The notes under the pieces: model-generated | Database searches by the model: none | The model's input: only the letters and a program-made list of their open reading frames with translations | Told to the model about the DNA's origin: nothing | Shown here: positions 1-8,031 of the stretch, one piece after another | How positions within the stretch are numbered: the first letter of the stretch is position 1 | Layout: each line of letters starts with the position of its first letter | NCBI GenBank assembly: GCA_046758445.1 | Contig: JBHIAE010000077.1 | Coordinates: 1 to 11,315 of the forward strand | Direction of reading: 5' to 3' | DNA from: Candidatus Thorarchaeota archaeon | Lineage (GTDB): Archaea > Asgardarchaeota > Thorarchaeia > Thorarchaeales > Thorarchaeaceae | DNA length: 11,315 nt | Made by a program: the position numbers and the translations under genes

Positions 1-203
1 TCATACCAGCATCTCTTGTGAGCAATCTTCCCGCAATTCGGACATGCAAACAGAAAGAACTTGTCGGGCTTGGCTCGCTGTTCTTTTCCGGTGGGCAATT
101 GGAGGTACGCAAGGTCCTTGCTGTTGTTGTTTAGCACGTATCGACCGCAAATGAAGCAAGTCACTCCATCATACTTGGATATCTTCTCAACTGGTACTCT
201 CAA
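1..203 (-). CDS. Zinc-finger protein (PHD/RING-variant-like C-x2-C...C-x2-C-x4-H-x2-C), truncated by the left window edge
   Basis: Manual translation from TTG at 203 (in-frame TGA just upstream at 207-209; GAGG 9 nt before the start) gives MRVPVEKISKYDGVTCFICGRYVLNNNSKDLAYLQLPTGKEQRAKPDKFFLFACPNCGKIAHKRCWY. There is no stop before the window edge. Confidence 0.8.
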   Translation of the reverse strand, partial: MRVPVEKISKYDGVTCFICGRYVLNNNSKDLAYLQLPTGKEQRAKPDKFFLFACPNCGKIAHKRCWY

Positions 204-237
204 TGGTCATTGCCTCGAATTGGACTGGCTCTTCTTT

Positions 238-245
238 TCTTTAAG
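238..245 (-). promoter_or_regulatory. Putative archaeal TATA box for the zinc-finger gene
   Basis: Minus strand reads GAAGGG-CTTAAAGA about 35 nt upstream of TTG 203. The same octamer lies at a similar distance upstream of the debranching-enzyme gene. Confidence 0.45.
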
Positions 246-378
246 CCCTTCGGAATAAGCATGGTTAAGAGGCGTTCTGCACCGCTGTCATTGAAATGCG
301 AAGCTAGAAGACTCACCAGTGTGAAATAGTGACTGATATTAGCAGGTCCATTAGATAATGTAGGAGTGTGGTGTTCTG

Positions 379-1044
379 ATGTTCGACCTTGTCCAAGAAC
401 GGAACGTGGGGGAGAGACTGTCACCTCACACCATGGTCTATGTAGTTACTCACGGCGTGACATCTGCAACTGGCGGGCTTTCTGATGCTGGCGAGAATCA
501 AATCATCGAGCTTGCTCGGTCGCGAGTCGCAACTGGCGTCACTTCGGTCTATTCGTCACCGGCGAAAGATACGGAAGCCACAGCGAAGATTCTGGGCAAG
601 GAATTCGGAGCGAAGGTCAAGACAAAGGACTGCCTCGAAGAAGTCAGGACTGGAAAGGGCACTCTGAATGATGAAGAGATGGTCCAAGTCTTGCCGGAGA
701 TGTGGAGAAACGTTGACCATCGACCTAAGAACGGCGAGTCACTAATGGAAGCACGTCATCGCCTGGCGGAATGTGTGAGCGAGTTTGCCGGAAGACACAG
801 GGGAGAGAGCATTGCCATAGTCACTCATACAATCTTGGCCACACTCTTTCATACGCTTGTGAAAGGCGGAAACCCGAGCAGCAAAGATTGGCTGGAAATG
901 GGGTATGCATCTTGTGCAGCATATGAATACGCAAAAGGTGGTTGGAGTCTTGTGATGCCCCCGGACAACAGTTTCTTGACTGAGGCAACCATCGTAAAGG
1001 ATACGCTGCCCGCTGATGTGATTGATGCTCTTAAGCAAGACTGA
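379..1044 (+). CDS. Histidine phosphatase (phosphoglycerate mutase-like) family protein with degenerate active site
   Basis: Motif order matches the family: VYVVTHG (RHG motif), GLSDAGENQ, VYSSPAKDTEATA, LEE, NGESLMEARHR, IAIVTH. The start is uncertain and could be ATG 433. Confidence 0.85.
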   Translation: MFDLVQERNVGERLSPHTMVYVVTHGVTSATGGLSDAGENQIIELARSRVATGVTSVYSSPAKDTEATAKILGKEFGAKVKTKDCLEEVRTGKGTLNDEEMVQVLPEMWRNVDHRPKNGESLMEARHRLAECVSEFAGRHRGESIAIVTHTILATLFHTLVKGGNPSSKDWLEMGYASCAAYEYAKGGWSLVMPPDNSFLTEATIVKDTLPADVIDALKQD

Positions 1045-1058
1045 AAGCTTTGATCGCC

Positions 1059-1102
1059 AGAAAAAGAGGTGTACTCGGGCCAAGAAGAGGTCTTGACCCG
1101 AG
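1059..1102 (-). terminator. Hairpin plus U-rich tract, putative terminator of the surface-protein gene
   Basis: Minus strand reads CTCGGGTCAAGA-CCTCT-TCTTGGCCCGAG, a 12-bp stem with one G-U pair (1074-1102), followed by CTCTTTTTCT (1059-1068). It begins 14 nt after the TAG at 1117, between convergent genes. Confidence 0.65.
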
Positions 1103-1116
1103 ATTGACCAAATATC

Positions 1117-4100
1117 CTATCGGCGGCGCATCAGTACCAAGACCAGCACGACGAGGACAACAGCCGCTCCTACCATGATGTAGAGGGCCATCTGTCCATC
1201 TCCTTCGGGGGGAGTAATGGTCGTAGTTGTTGTCGTAGTTGTCGTCGTAGTCTGTTGTGACTGGAAAGCACTTGAGAAAGACACGAATACTGGATCGCAT
1301 CGAATCTCGTGGCCATCCCACTCTGTGTATCCCGCTGTCATGAACAACATCGATGCCTCAACCTGCCAGTCAGTGACTGTTTCGCCAGATGCAGACTGAT
1401 ACATTACGCTGAATGCACCAATCGGCACAGTAGATGACCCAGAGGTGTAAGTACCCGCAAAGCCATCCTTGCCCGTTGTATAGGGTAGTCCACCCATCGT
1501 CACATTGGCAAATGGAGTGTCATCAGCTCCGTACTCGTAGTATGAAGCCTCGACAGTTGCACCATTGGTGTCCGCAACTGGAGCCTCTGCAGCGTTGTAC
1601 TGCATCTTTGTTCCGGTGCCGAGGATGCCAAAGAAGTTGACAGCTAGGCTGCGGTTCGTTAGAACACTGTTGTCGAAGGTATGGAGTGTCCAGTCACCGA
1701 ACTTCTGGTCCACCTTGAAAGCAACTGCATGGTTCCACTTGGCTGGGTCGAGAGCATCGTATTCAACCATATCCACATTGAAGGATATGTCGAATGCCAT
1801 CTCAGTGACCGTAGCCTTCGAGATATAATAGTCGAATTCTGAGGCGGTCAGACTGGATTGTGCTTCGTATGACTCCCTATAGTCCCAAGCACCCCTGATG
1901 CCATCAGCGTCACGGATCTGTAGCGGATAGAGAGTGACGTTGACGCCGTAGATTGTTACTCCAAATGTTACTGGAGTGTCGACGGGTACAGCGACTAACC
2001 CTGAATCATTCGTCGCACCAAATGGCCTTCTCAACTCAACAGAGTCCACTGTGTCAATCAAGACGAAGTGGGTAACCTCATCAGTGACGACCTGCCCCTC
2101 AACAATTCTAAAGTCTGGTGCATCAACAGCACCACCCTCCTGGATGTCGTTGAAGAGTAGGAGTCCTGCATACCTAGCGCGGAACCGAGCGAACTCGCGT
2201 CGATTCTCGGTTGCAGATACTCTGAACGTCTGCTGAGTCCCCCAAGCGAACCATGTGTTTCTCCAGACTCCAGACTCAAGCTCAGGTATTGTGGTATGAA
2301 TGTTCGTTCGATTCAGGCTTATCCAGGCAATCCATTCATAGCCTGGGGCCGGAATCTCCTCGCCCACATCTGCCCACAATGTATCCAAGATATCATTCAT
2401 GTCGGTCTGGTTCACTCGTGACCAGTCAGACGCGCGGTGCCAGAAGAAGTTCTCTGTCGCCTGATACTCAATGAGTGTTCGAACGACACCCATCCAAGAT
2501 TCAGACCAGAACTCGTCACCGTTTCTATTCGGCGTTGGATCGAAGATGACTTTTACGCCCATCCCTTCGATTGTATTGTTGCCCCAGTGGTCCCAAGTAC
2601 CGGTACGCTTCACGTAGTACTGATCCTCTGTCGTGAACATGTTGCCATCGAGATCTAGAGCACCTTCCTCCGTCACTGTCCATAGCGGTTCCTCCCAGAT
2701 AGGAATATCGCCGAACACCAACCTGGCAGGACTCCAAATGATCTCTTCCTTAGTTTCATCGACAACGGATCTGCTTTCTCCGGGGAGCGGAGTGAGCATA
2801 TAGTTATTTGCTCCAGCGAGCGATGCGTTCACTGCAAAGTCCTCCCAGAAGCCCGCTTGAGTGTAGACTTGGTTATAGACGGCCGGGTCTGCCTCAGCTG
2901 TCACGTTTACGCTAAGCTGAAGTGTCGTGAGGTCCGGCCCTATGGTAATGTTCCAATCCAAGCTCTCAACCATAGTGGTAGAGTTTACTTTGGAGTTTAG
3001 TGGCGAAGCAGCTGCAACCTCTGTTGCTGGCATATACTCAGTGTATACGACAGATAGGTCAGTCATGTTCTGTGCGATGAAGTCGATACGAACGATATGG
3101 ACAACAATATACTCCCAAGTATGGGTGTCGTTGTGTCCCGACCCATAGCCCACGAATGACATTGTGAAGTTCTGCAAAGTGCGCGTCACGTAGTATGAGT
3201 CGATATCGTAGAACTGACCGGTTTCGGGATTGTAGACATTGGTTTCGTTCACCAAAATGGCAGTGGTATCATTGACAAGACTCCCCTGAACATGGACATC
3301 AAGGGTGATGTTCAGAATCTGGTTCGGCATGGCTCTCTCAACAATGTCTCCGCTAGGATTCTTGATGAATGCCTCAATGAAAGTATCGCGGAAGGCCATC
3401 TGAACTGTGTTCTTGTTCTCAATCTCTCTCCTGGGAGTAAGATCGCGGCCACTGGTGTCACGGACTGTCCAGAAGTAGGGTACCGGTTTGACAATGTCTC
3501 CCTCGACATACTCCTCCATATTCATGTCCACGAACTGGGTGTAGCTTCCTGTCCAATATACTTCAGACCCACCCATAGACTTGCTCCTATCTAGGAGATT
3601 GTAGAACCTAGCAAGGTCTGCATCATAGACCAAGAGGATGTCAAATGACACCGTCCATACTCCGACTATGGGTATCCAACTCCAGGTCACATTGTCCAAG
3701 TGTCCTGCGACAGCATATTGTCCAGTACTATTGTACTGGAAGAATAGGAACAGAGGCATGCCTATGATGGTCAAGTTGATAGAGTTCCGATTCCATAGAT
3801 TCGTCTTGATGGTCCAGTTGTAGTTGTAGATGTAGTCCCTGTCCCAGGTGAGGACACTGAACGGAACAATAACCTCTCCGAACGGGTAGTTGGACACCAT
3901 TCTGAAGGTGAAAGGATCATCTATGTCGACATAGTGTAGGATGTCACCTGCACCATCAATGATCTCAGCATAGTAGTACCTTGGAAGTCTGAAGACTTCT
4001 GGTGGCACCTCCACACCGATTCCAATGGGTGGTGTTTCAAACGCCCCCGACTCAACTCTAGCCAACCACGACGGAGAAACAGGTCTTCCTTCCGTATCTT

Positions 4101-4701
4101 TCGCATGCATTCCAGTCTTGAAGACGCCTGTCCAAACGTTGCTGAACGTAATAGCAAATTCAAGCTTGTAAGATCTGTCACTCGTGTCATTGAAGTAGCT
4201 GCAGTAGGCGGTATGCAACGTCATGAAGCCCGAAACCGCTGTGGCATCCACGCCCTCCTGGTATGTAACACTCAGGTGGTTCCATGCGTCGGCAGTGATG
4301 TTGTATTCCATTCCAAAAGCAGCATAGCGAACACCCCTCAGTTCTCCCCAGAAGGCGACAGAGTCCAAGACGAAGCCTGCCTCAATGAACTCCCAGGGCA
4401 CAGTGATATTAACGAGAATCTGATCTCCAGGGTCAACTCTGTAGTTGTTTTCACTAATCTTTGTCCCGTTCCAAACCCAGCCTGTGGCATAGCCAATCCA
4501 TACGACCGGTTGAGGCCCGAACAACCATTCAGAATGCTCCTCGTGATGGCTGATGTCCTCTGTTTGGTTGACCACCTGCCAACCTACAGCCAGGATCGGA
4601 TCGGGTGTCACTTGTGCTGTCGCAATACTAGCTGAGGAAAACGCCCAAGCGAAACTCAGAAGCAGTACGGCAGCGACAAGAATTGACTTTCCTTGTTTCA
4701 T
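1117..4701 (-). CDS. Large secreted, membrane-anchored cell-surface glycoprotein (S-layer-like), ~1194 aa
   Basis: ATG 4701 is preceded by GAGGAGATGA. N-terminal signal peptide MKQGKSILVAAVLLLSFAWAFSSASIATA, about 25 N-x-S/T sequons, acidic and beta-rich composition, DLDGN motif, then a poly-Thr linker, a hydrophobic helix (MALYIMVGAAVVLVVLVLVLM) and an RRR tail. Confidence 0.8.
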   Translation of the reverse strand: MKQGKSILVAAVLLLSFAWAFSSASIATAQVTPDPILAVGWQVVNQTEDISHHEEHSEWLFGPQPVVWIGYATGWVWNGTKISENNYRVDPGDQILVNITVPWEFIEAGFVLDSVAFWGELRGVRYAAFGMEYNITADAWNHLSVTYQEGVDATAVSGFMTLHTAYCSYFNDTSDRSYKLEFAITFSNVWTGVFKTGMHAKDTEGRPVSPSWLARVESGAFETPPIGIGVEVPPEVFRLPRYYYAEIIDGAGDILHYVDIDDPFTFRMVSNYPFGEVIVPFSVLTWDRDYIYNYNWTIKTNLWNRNSINLTIIGMPLFLFFQYNSTGQYAVAGHLDNVTWSWIPIVGVWTVSFDILLVYDADLARFYNLLDRSKSMGGSEVYWTGSYTQFVDMNMEEYVEGDIVKPVPYFWTVRDTSGRDLTPRREIENKNTVQMAFRDTFIEAFIKNPSGDIVERAMPNQILNITLDVHVQGSLVNDTTAILVNETNVYNPETGQFYDIDSYYVTRTLQNFTMSFVGYGSGHNDTHTWEYIVVHIVRIDFIAQNMTDLSVVYTEYMPATEVAAASPLNSKVNSTTMVESLDWNITIGPDLTTLQLSVNVTAEADPAVYNQVYTQAGFWEDFAVNASLAGANNYMLTPLPGESRSVVDETKEEIIWSPARLVFGDIPIWEEPLWTVTEEGALDLDGNMFTTEDQYYVKRTGTWDHWGNNTIEGMGVKVIFDPTPNRNGDEFWSESWMGVVRTLIEYQATENFFWHRASDWSRVNQTDMNDILDTLWADVGEEIPAPGYEWIAWISLNRTNIHTTIPELESGVWRNTWFAWGTQQTFRVSATENRREFARFRARYAGLLLFNDIQEGGAVDAPDFRIVEGQVVTDEVTHFVLIDTVDSVELRRPFGATNDSGLVAVPVDTPVTFGVTIYGVNVTLYPLQIRDADGIRGAWDYRESYEAQSSLTASEFDYYISKATVTEMAFDISFNVDMVEYDALDPAKWNHAVAFKVDQKFGDWTLHTFDNSVLTNRSLAVNFFGILGTGTKMQYNAAEAPVADTNGATVEASYYEYGADDTPFANVTMGGLPYTTGKDGFAGTYTSGSSTVPIGAFSVMYQSASGETVTDWQVEASMLFMTAGYTEWDGHEIRCDPVFVSFSSAFQSQQTTTTTTTTTTTITPPEGDGQMALYIMVGAAVVLVVLVLVLMRRR
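1219..1251 (-). repeat. Poly-threonine (T11) linker coding tract
   Basis: Eleven consecutive ACN codons (ACT ACG ACG ACA ACT ACG ACA ACA ACT ACG ACC) with a 12-nt periodicity, just before the membrane anchor. Confidence 0.85.
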
Positions 4702-4909
4702 ATTATTCATCTCCTCGCCATGACTCAAGCGTGCAACCCCAAACACTCAGCGTGCACATAGACTCCTGCCTCGATGTCCAATGTGTGTTGGTGGTTGTAG
4801 TCAGTTGAGGGTCAAGCAATAGCTCGAGTGGCGCGTTCATCATGGGTACCAACCTAGTTACCCCTGACGGAAAAATCGACAAACTGCACTCTTTCATCGT
4901 TTTGTATGC

Positions 4910-4938
4910 ATATTAAGGTATATTGGATGAGTCATCCA
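4910..4938 (-). promoter_or_regulatory. Putative TATA box with adjacent 7-1-7 palindrome upstream of the surface-protein gene
   Basis: Minus strand reads TGGATGA-C-TCATCCA (4924-4938), then ATATAC, then CTTAATAT (4910-4917). This is the most AT-rich patch of the intergenic region. Confidence 0.45.
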
Positions 4939-4952
4939 TCGTCAGATAGCGA

Positions 4953-5936
4953 CTACTGCAGACTAGCCCTGACAACTCCATCTCGGGTTTCGATTTGAGC
5001 TTGACCCTCTTTGGATAGAACCCTGAGTACGTCGTATGTTTCTGCTAGAGCGAGTACCATTGACGACTCAGCGTAGTCACCATAGAGTTTCCTTGAAAGG
5101 TGGTAAAGTGTTTGGGGCTCTTCTCCGAGAAAGGTCTTCATCTTCTCAAACTTCTCAGTATATTCCTCCCTTAGACTCTCAACTCTACTCGTGATATCCA
5201 TCACAGGATTGCGATGCCCGGGCAGCGCTATCAGCCCATCATACTTCATGATTCTGGACAAGGAGTCAAAGTATCTGAGCATCGAGATCTCCACCTCGTT
5301 CTCAAAATCGATGCTCGGATTAGAGCTGATCGTAGCGAGGATGTGGTCTCCGCTGAATATGATACTGGCCTCTTCGCATGCAAAACAGGTTGATCCAGGT
5401 GAATGACCGGGAACCCAAAGCGTTTCAAGTTCACCCAAGCCTGTTGAGATAGTGCTGCCGTCTTCAAGCAACTGAATACCTGAGGCAGATTCGCCGAATC
5501 CGAGGAAGTAGTCTGTCATGATTCTTCTAGGGGCTCGTGGGCGTTCATTGGCCGGAGTTCCAGCCAAATCGATTATGTTGAAGTATGATCCAACTCTGTT
5601 AATGGTGAAATCCTCATATGTTCGGACACGATCTCCGTCAGCCTTGTGGACGTGCACTGAAGGCGGCTCTCTCCCAAGAGCAACTCTTGATCTGATGATC
5701 GTGGCCGTGAGTCCAGTGTGGTCCACATGTCCATGAGTAAGTACAATCTGTTCGATGTCACCTAAAGAATAACCAGCCTCTCGCACACCTGTGTCCAAGG
5801 CGCTCAGCGATTCGTCAGACTTTGGCCCAGTATCTATGAGTGTGAGAGGCTCTCCTTCTACCAGGTAGCAATTCACAGGACCTACTGGGAACGGAGTCGG
5901 AACCTTGATCGTGTGGATTCTTGATAATGCGTCCAT
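4953..5936 (-). CDS. MBL-fold metallo-hydrolase with probable C-terminal winged-helix domain, 327 aa
   Basis: Motifs PTPFPVGPVNCYL, LIDTG, LTHGHVDHTG (HxHxDH), PGHSPG, FSGDH and PGH are all present. The start is placed at ATG 5936 because the ORF-track extension to 6080 overlaps the upstream gene. Confidence 0.92.
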   Translation of the reverse strand: MDALSRIHTIKVPTPFPVGPVNCYLVEGEPLTLIDTGPKSDESLSALDTGVREAGYSLGDIEQIVLTHGHVDHTGLTATIIRSRVALGREPPSVHVHKADGDRVRTYEDFTINRVGSYFNIIDLAGTPANERPRAPRRIMTDYFLGFGESASGIQLLEDGSTISTGLGELETLWVPGHSPGSTCFACEEASIIFSGDHILATISSNPSIDFENEVEISMLRYFDSLSRIMKYDGLIALPGHRNPVMDITSRVESLREEYTEKFEKMKTFLGEEPQTLYHLSRKLYGDYAESSMVLALAETYDVLRVLSKEGQAQIETRDGVVRASLQ

Positions 5937-5961
5937 GGCTCTAACACGCCCTGTTCTCGGT

Positions 5962-7992
5962 TCACAACTCCTCAAAGTAGACCCTGAGAAGCTCCGCCAC
6001 ACTTCTTGCTCTTGATACACAACCTCTATCACGATGAGGTTTTGACCCATCAAACATTCCGGACACTGTTCCAAGTGCACCTCTTCTCACTGCACCCAAT
6101 ACAGGTCTGAAGAACTCCTTCTCGGCGTATTTCTGATTCTTTGGGGTTCGACCCATCACAGAGAGGTACGCAGATATGAAAGGGCCAATCAGCCATGGGT
6201 GGACAGTGCCATTATGTGTGGCATCAGCCCTACTCCGAGGACCACCTGTATGAGAACGCGCGTAGCGCGCATCGTGCTTTGTAATCGTTCTTAGTCCAAA
6301 TGGCGTTAGTAGCTCGTTAGTGACAACTTTCAAGAGTGCCTTGGCGTTCCGCCCTTCAAGCAGCGGAAATGGCAGACTCAGTGCGAAGATCTGATTTGGC
6401 CGGAGAGATGCATCCTTCTCTGAATCAGTAACGACATCGTAAAGGTACCCATACTTGGTATCAAAGAATGTCTGATAGAAGGCCTCTTTGATCCATGAAG
6501 CAACCGCTCTGAATTCGTATGGGTCTCGCCCCATCAATTCGGCCATGTCTGCCATTGCCATCAAGGAGTTGTACCACAATGCGTTGGTTTCGACACACTT
6601 GCCGACCCTTGGAGTGGCTATCCAGTCCCCTACTCTCTCGTTCATCCAAGATGTTTCGACACCTTCAATCCCTGACCAGATTAGACCGTCGTGGTCCTCA
6701 TGGATGTTGTACCTCGTTCCGATTCGGAATGAAGTAATGACCGACTCCATTGTATCCCAAATGATGCCTCTAAGGAACTCTGAATCGTTTGTTGCTTGGA
6801 TGTACTTGTAGACCCCCATGATGTACCAGAGAGAGGCATCTACAGAGTCATATTCAGGTTGAATCCCCTTGTCTGGAAAGTCGTTTGCCACAAGGCCATA
6901 TCTTGAGTGTCGAGCATAAGTGGTGAGGATGGCACGGGCATCTTGGAACCTGCCAATTGACATAGTAAGACCAGGGAGCGAAATGAGTGCGTCGAGTCCG
7001 ATGTCTGCGAGCTGATGATATCCTGCTATCACAGACCTCATTCCAGTAGATGCTCTGTCTACAATGAATGAATCCGCATTCAGAACAAGCCATTCTATGT
7101 CCTCGTCCCTCTCTTTTGAGGACATTGAATATGCCCTATCATTCAGAACCTTTCTTCGTCGCAGTTCCTCGAATCTCAGCCTTGCGAAGTCTCTTCTCTC
7201 AGCCTTTGCCAGATTACCTAGTTCGGCTAGCAACTCCTTTCGTGTCGGAGCTACTGCGAAAAGAAAGGAAAGGAAGTGTTCACCAGGTTCTAATACTGTA
7301 TGAAAGACGCCTGGAACGTATAGCTGCTCCTGATGCGGCAATCCCATGTCCTTCTCTCTGCGATAGATTTGAGGCTCACTGACTCGAACCTCAGAATGTG
7401 TGAACTCAGCATCAGGGGTGTATGTAAGCATCCAAGGACTATTCGATCTGTCATCATAGGAGAAGTAGGAGTTGTCGTCGATAGCCTCGACTTCAGGAGT
7501 GAAATCGAGCTTGGGGGGCCTTGCATGGAAGGTACGGCATGTCTGAACCGGGGTCACTGTTAGGACTGTTTCATCAGAGTTCTTGAGTTCGTAGTTCACG
7601 ACGGTGAGATTGCGCCGGTAAGCCATGAAGACGGCCTTCTCCATTGTTACACCGTCGGTTTCATAGGTCATCTGAGGGAGGGGGTTCAGCTCGAATCGCT
7701 TAAGCAACCGATACCCGCGATTCACTACTCCATCCACTGTTTGCTCTGTTGCCAGATTGACCTCGCCCTCTGAAGTCGCGACGACTTCGTCAAGTCGAGA
7801 AAGGTGGAGCCATCTGTCCACCGGAGGACTTAGTGAAGACACTAGCAGTCCGTGATACCCTCTAGTGTTAAGACCGACAATTGTGGAAGATGCATAACCT
7901 CCAAGGCCATTTGTATAGAGCCATTCGAATGTGACAGCTCTATTGAGCTTCAGGTCAGCATCGTCAAGTCTTATCAAGAGTGGGGACTCCAC
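5962..7992 (-). CDS. Archaeal-type glycogen debranching enzyme (amylo-alpha-1,6-glucosidase, GH133) homolog, 676 aa, probably catalytically degenerate
   Basis: The N-terminal GDE_N signature EWLYTNGLGGYASSTIVGLNTRGYHGLL is present. C-terminal motifs include IAGY, ISLPGL, SVDASLW, PRVGKCVETNALWYN, LRPNQIFALSL, LLTPFGLRT and HNGTVHPWLIG. Confidence 0.92.
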   Translation of the reverse strand: MESPLLIRLDDADLKLNRAVTFEWLYTNGLGGYASSTIVGLNTRGYHGLLVSSLSPPVDRWLHLSRLDEVVATSEGEVNLATEQTVDGVVNRGYRLLKRFELNPLPQMTYETDGVTMEKAVFMAYRRNLTVVNYELKNSDETVLTVTPVQTCRTFHARPPKLDFTPEVEAIDDNSYFSYDDRSNSPWMLTYTPDAEFTHSEVRVSEPQIYRREKDMGLPHQEQLYVPGVFHTVLEPGEHFLSFLFAVAPTRKELLAELGNLAKAERRDFARLRFEELRRRKVLNDRAYSMSSKERDEDIEWLVLNADSFIVDRASTGMRSVIAGYHQLADIGLDALISLPGLTMSIGRFQDARAILTTYARHSRYGLVANDFPDKGIQPEYDSVDASLWYIMGVYKYIQATNDSEFLRGIIWDTMESVITSFRIGTRYNIHEDHDGLIWSGIEGVETSWMNERVGDWIATPRVGKCVETNALWYNSLMAMADMAELMGRDPYEFRAVASWIKEAFYQTFFDTKYGYLYDVVTDSEKDASLRPNQIFALSLPFPLLEGRNAKALLKVVTNELLTPFGLRTITKHDARYARSHTGGPRSRADATHNGTVHPWLIGPFISAYLSVMGRTPKNQKYAEKEFFRPVLGAVRRGALGTVSGMFDGSKPHRDRGCVSRARSVAELLRVYFEEL

Positions 7993-8031
7993 AGTGGTTC
8001 CTGATTCCTACGATTCTCGTTCAGTTTGAGG

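Noticed and set aside
61-424. Short ORFs 61..258 (+) and 200..424 (-)
   Set aside because: The first is antisense to the zinc-finger gene. The second spans the divergent promoter region and has no recognisable features.
1217-1399. Poly-Val plus-strand ORF, and the DYDDNYDNNYD ORF at 1031..1321
   Set aside because: Both are alternative-frame readings of the poly-Thr codon tract.
4105-4635. 176-aa plus-strand ORF, and similar antisense ORFs such as 8124..8618
   Set aside because: They lie opposite well-supported genes and carry no independent motifs.
4703-4897. 64-aa minus-strand ORF in the surface-gene leader, a possible leader peptide
   Set aside because: It has no RBS, its start lies too close to the TATA-like box to fall within the predicted transcript, and it shows no protein-like signal.
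5937-6080. N-terminal extension of the MBL ORF containing CPEC
   Set aside because: It overlaps the conserved C-terminus of the debranching gene in another frame, and MBL similarity starts at ATG 5936.
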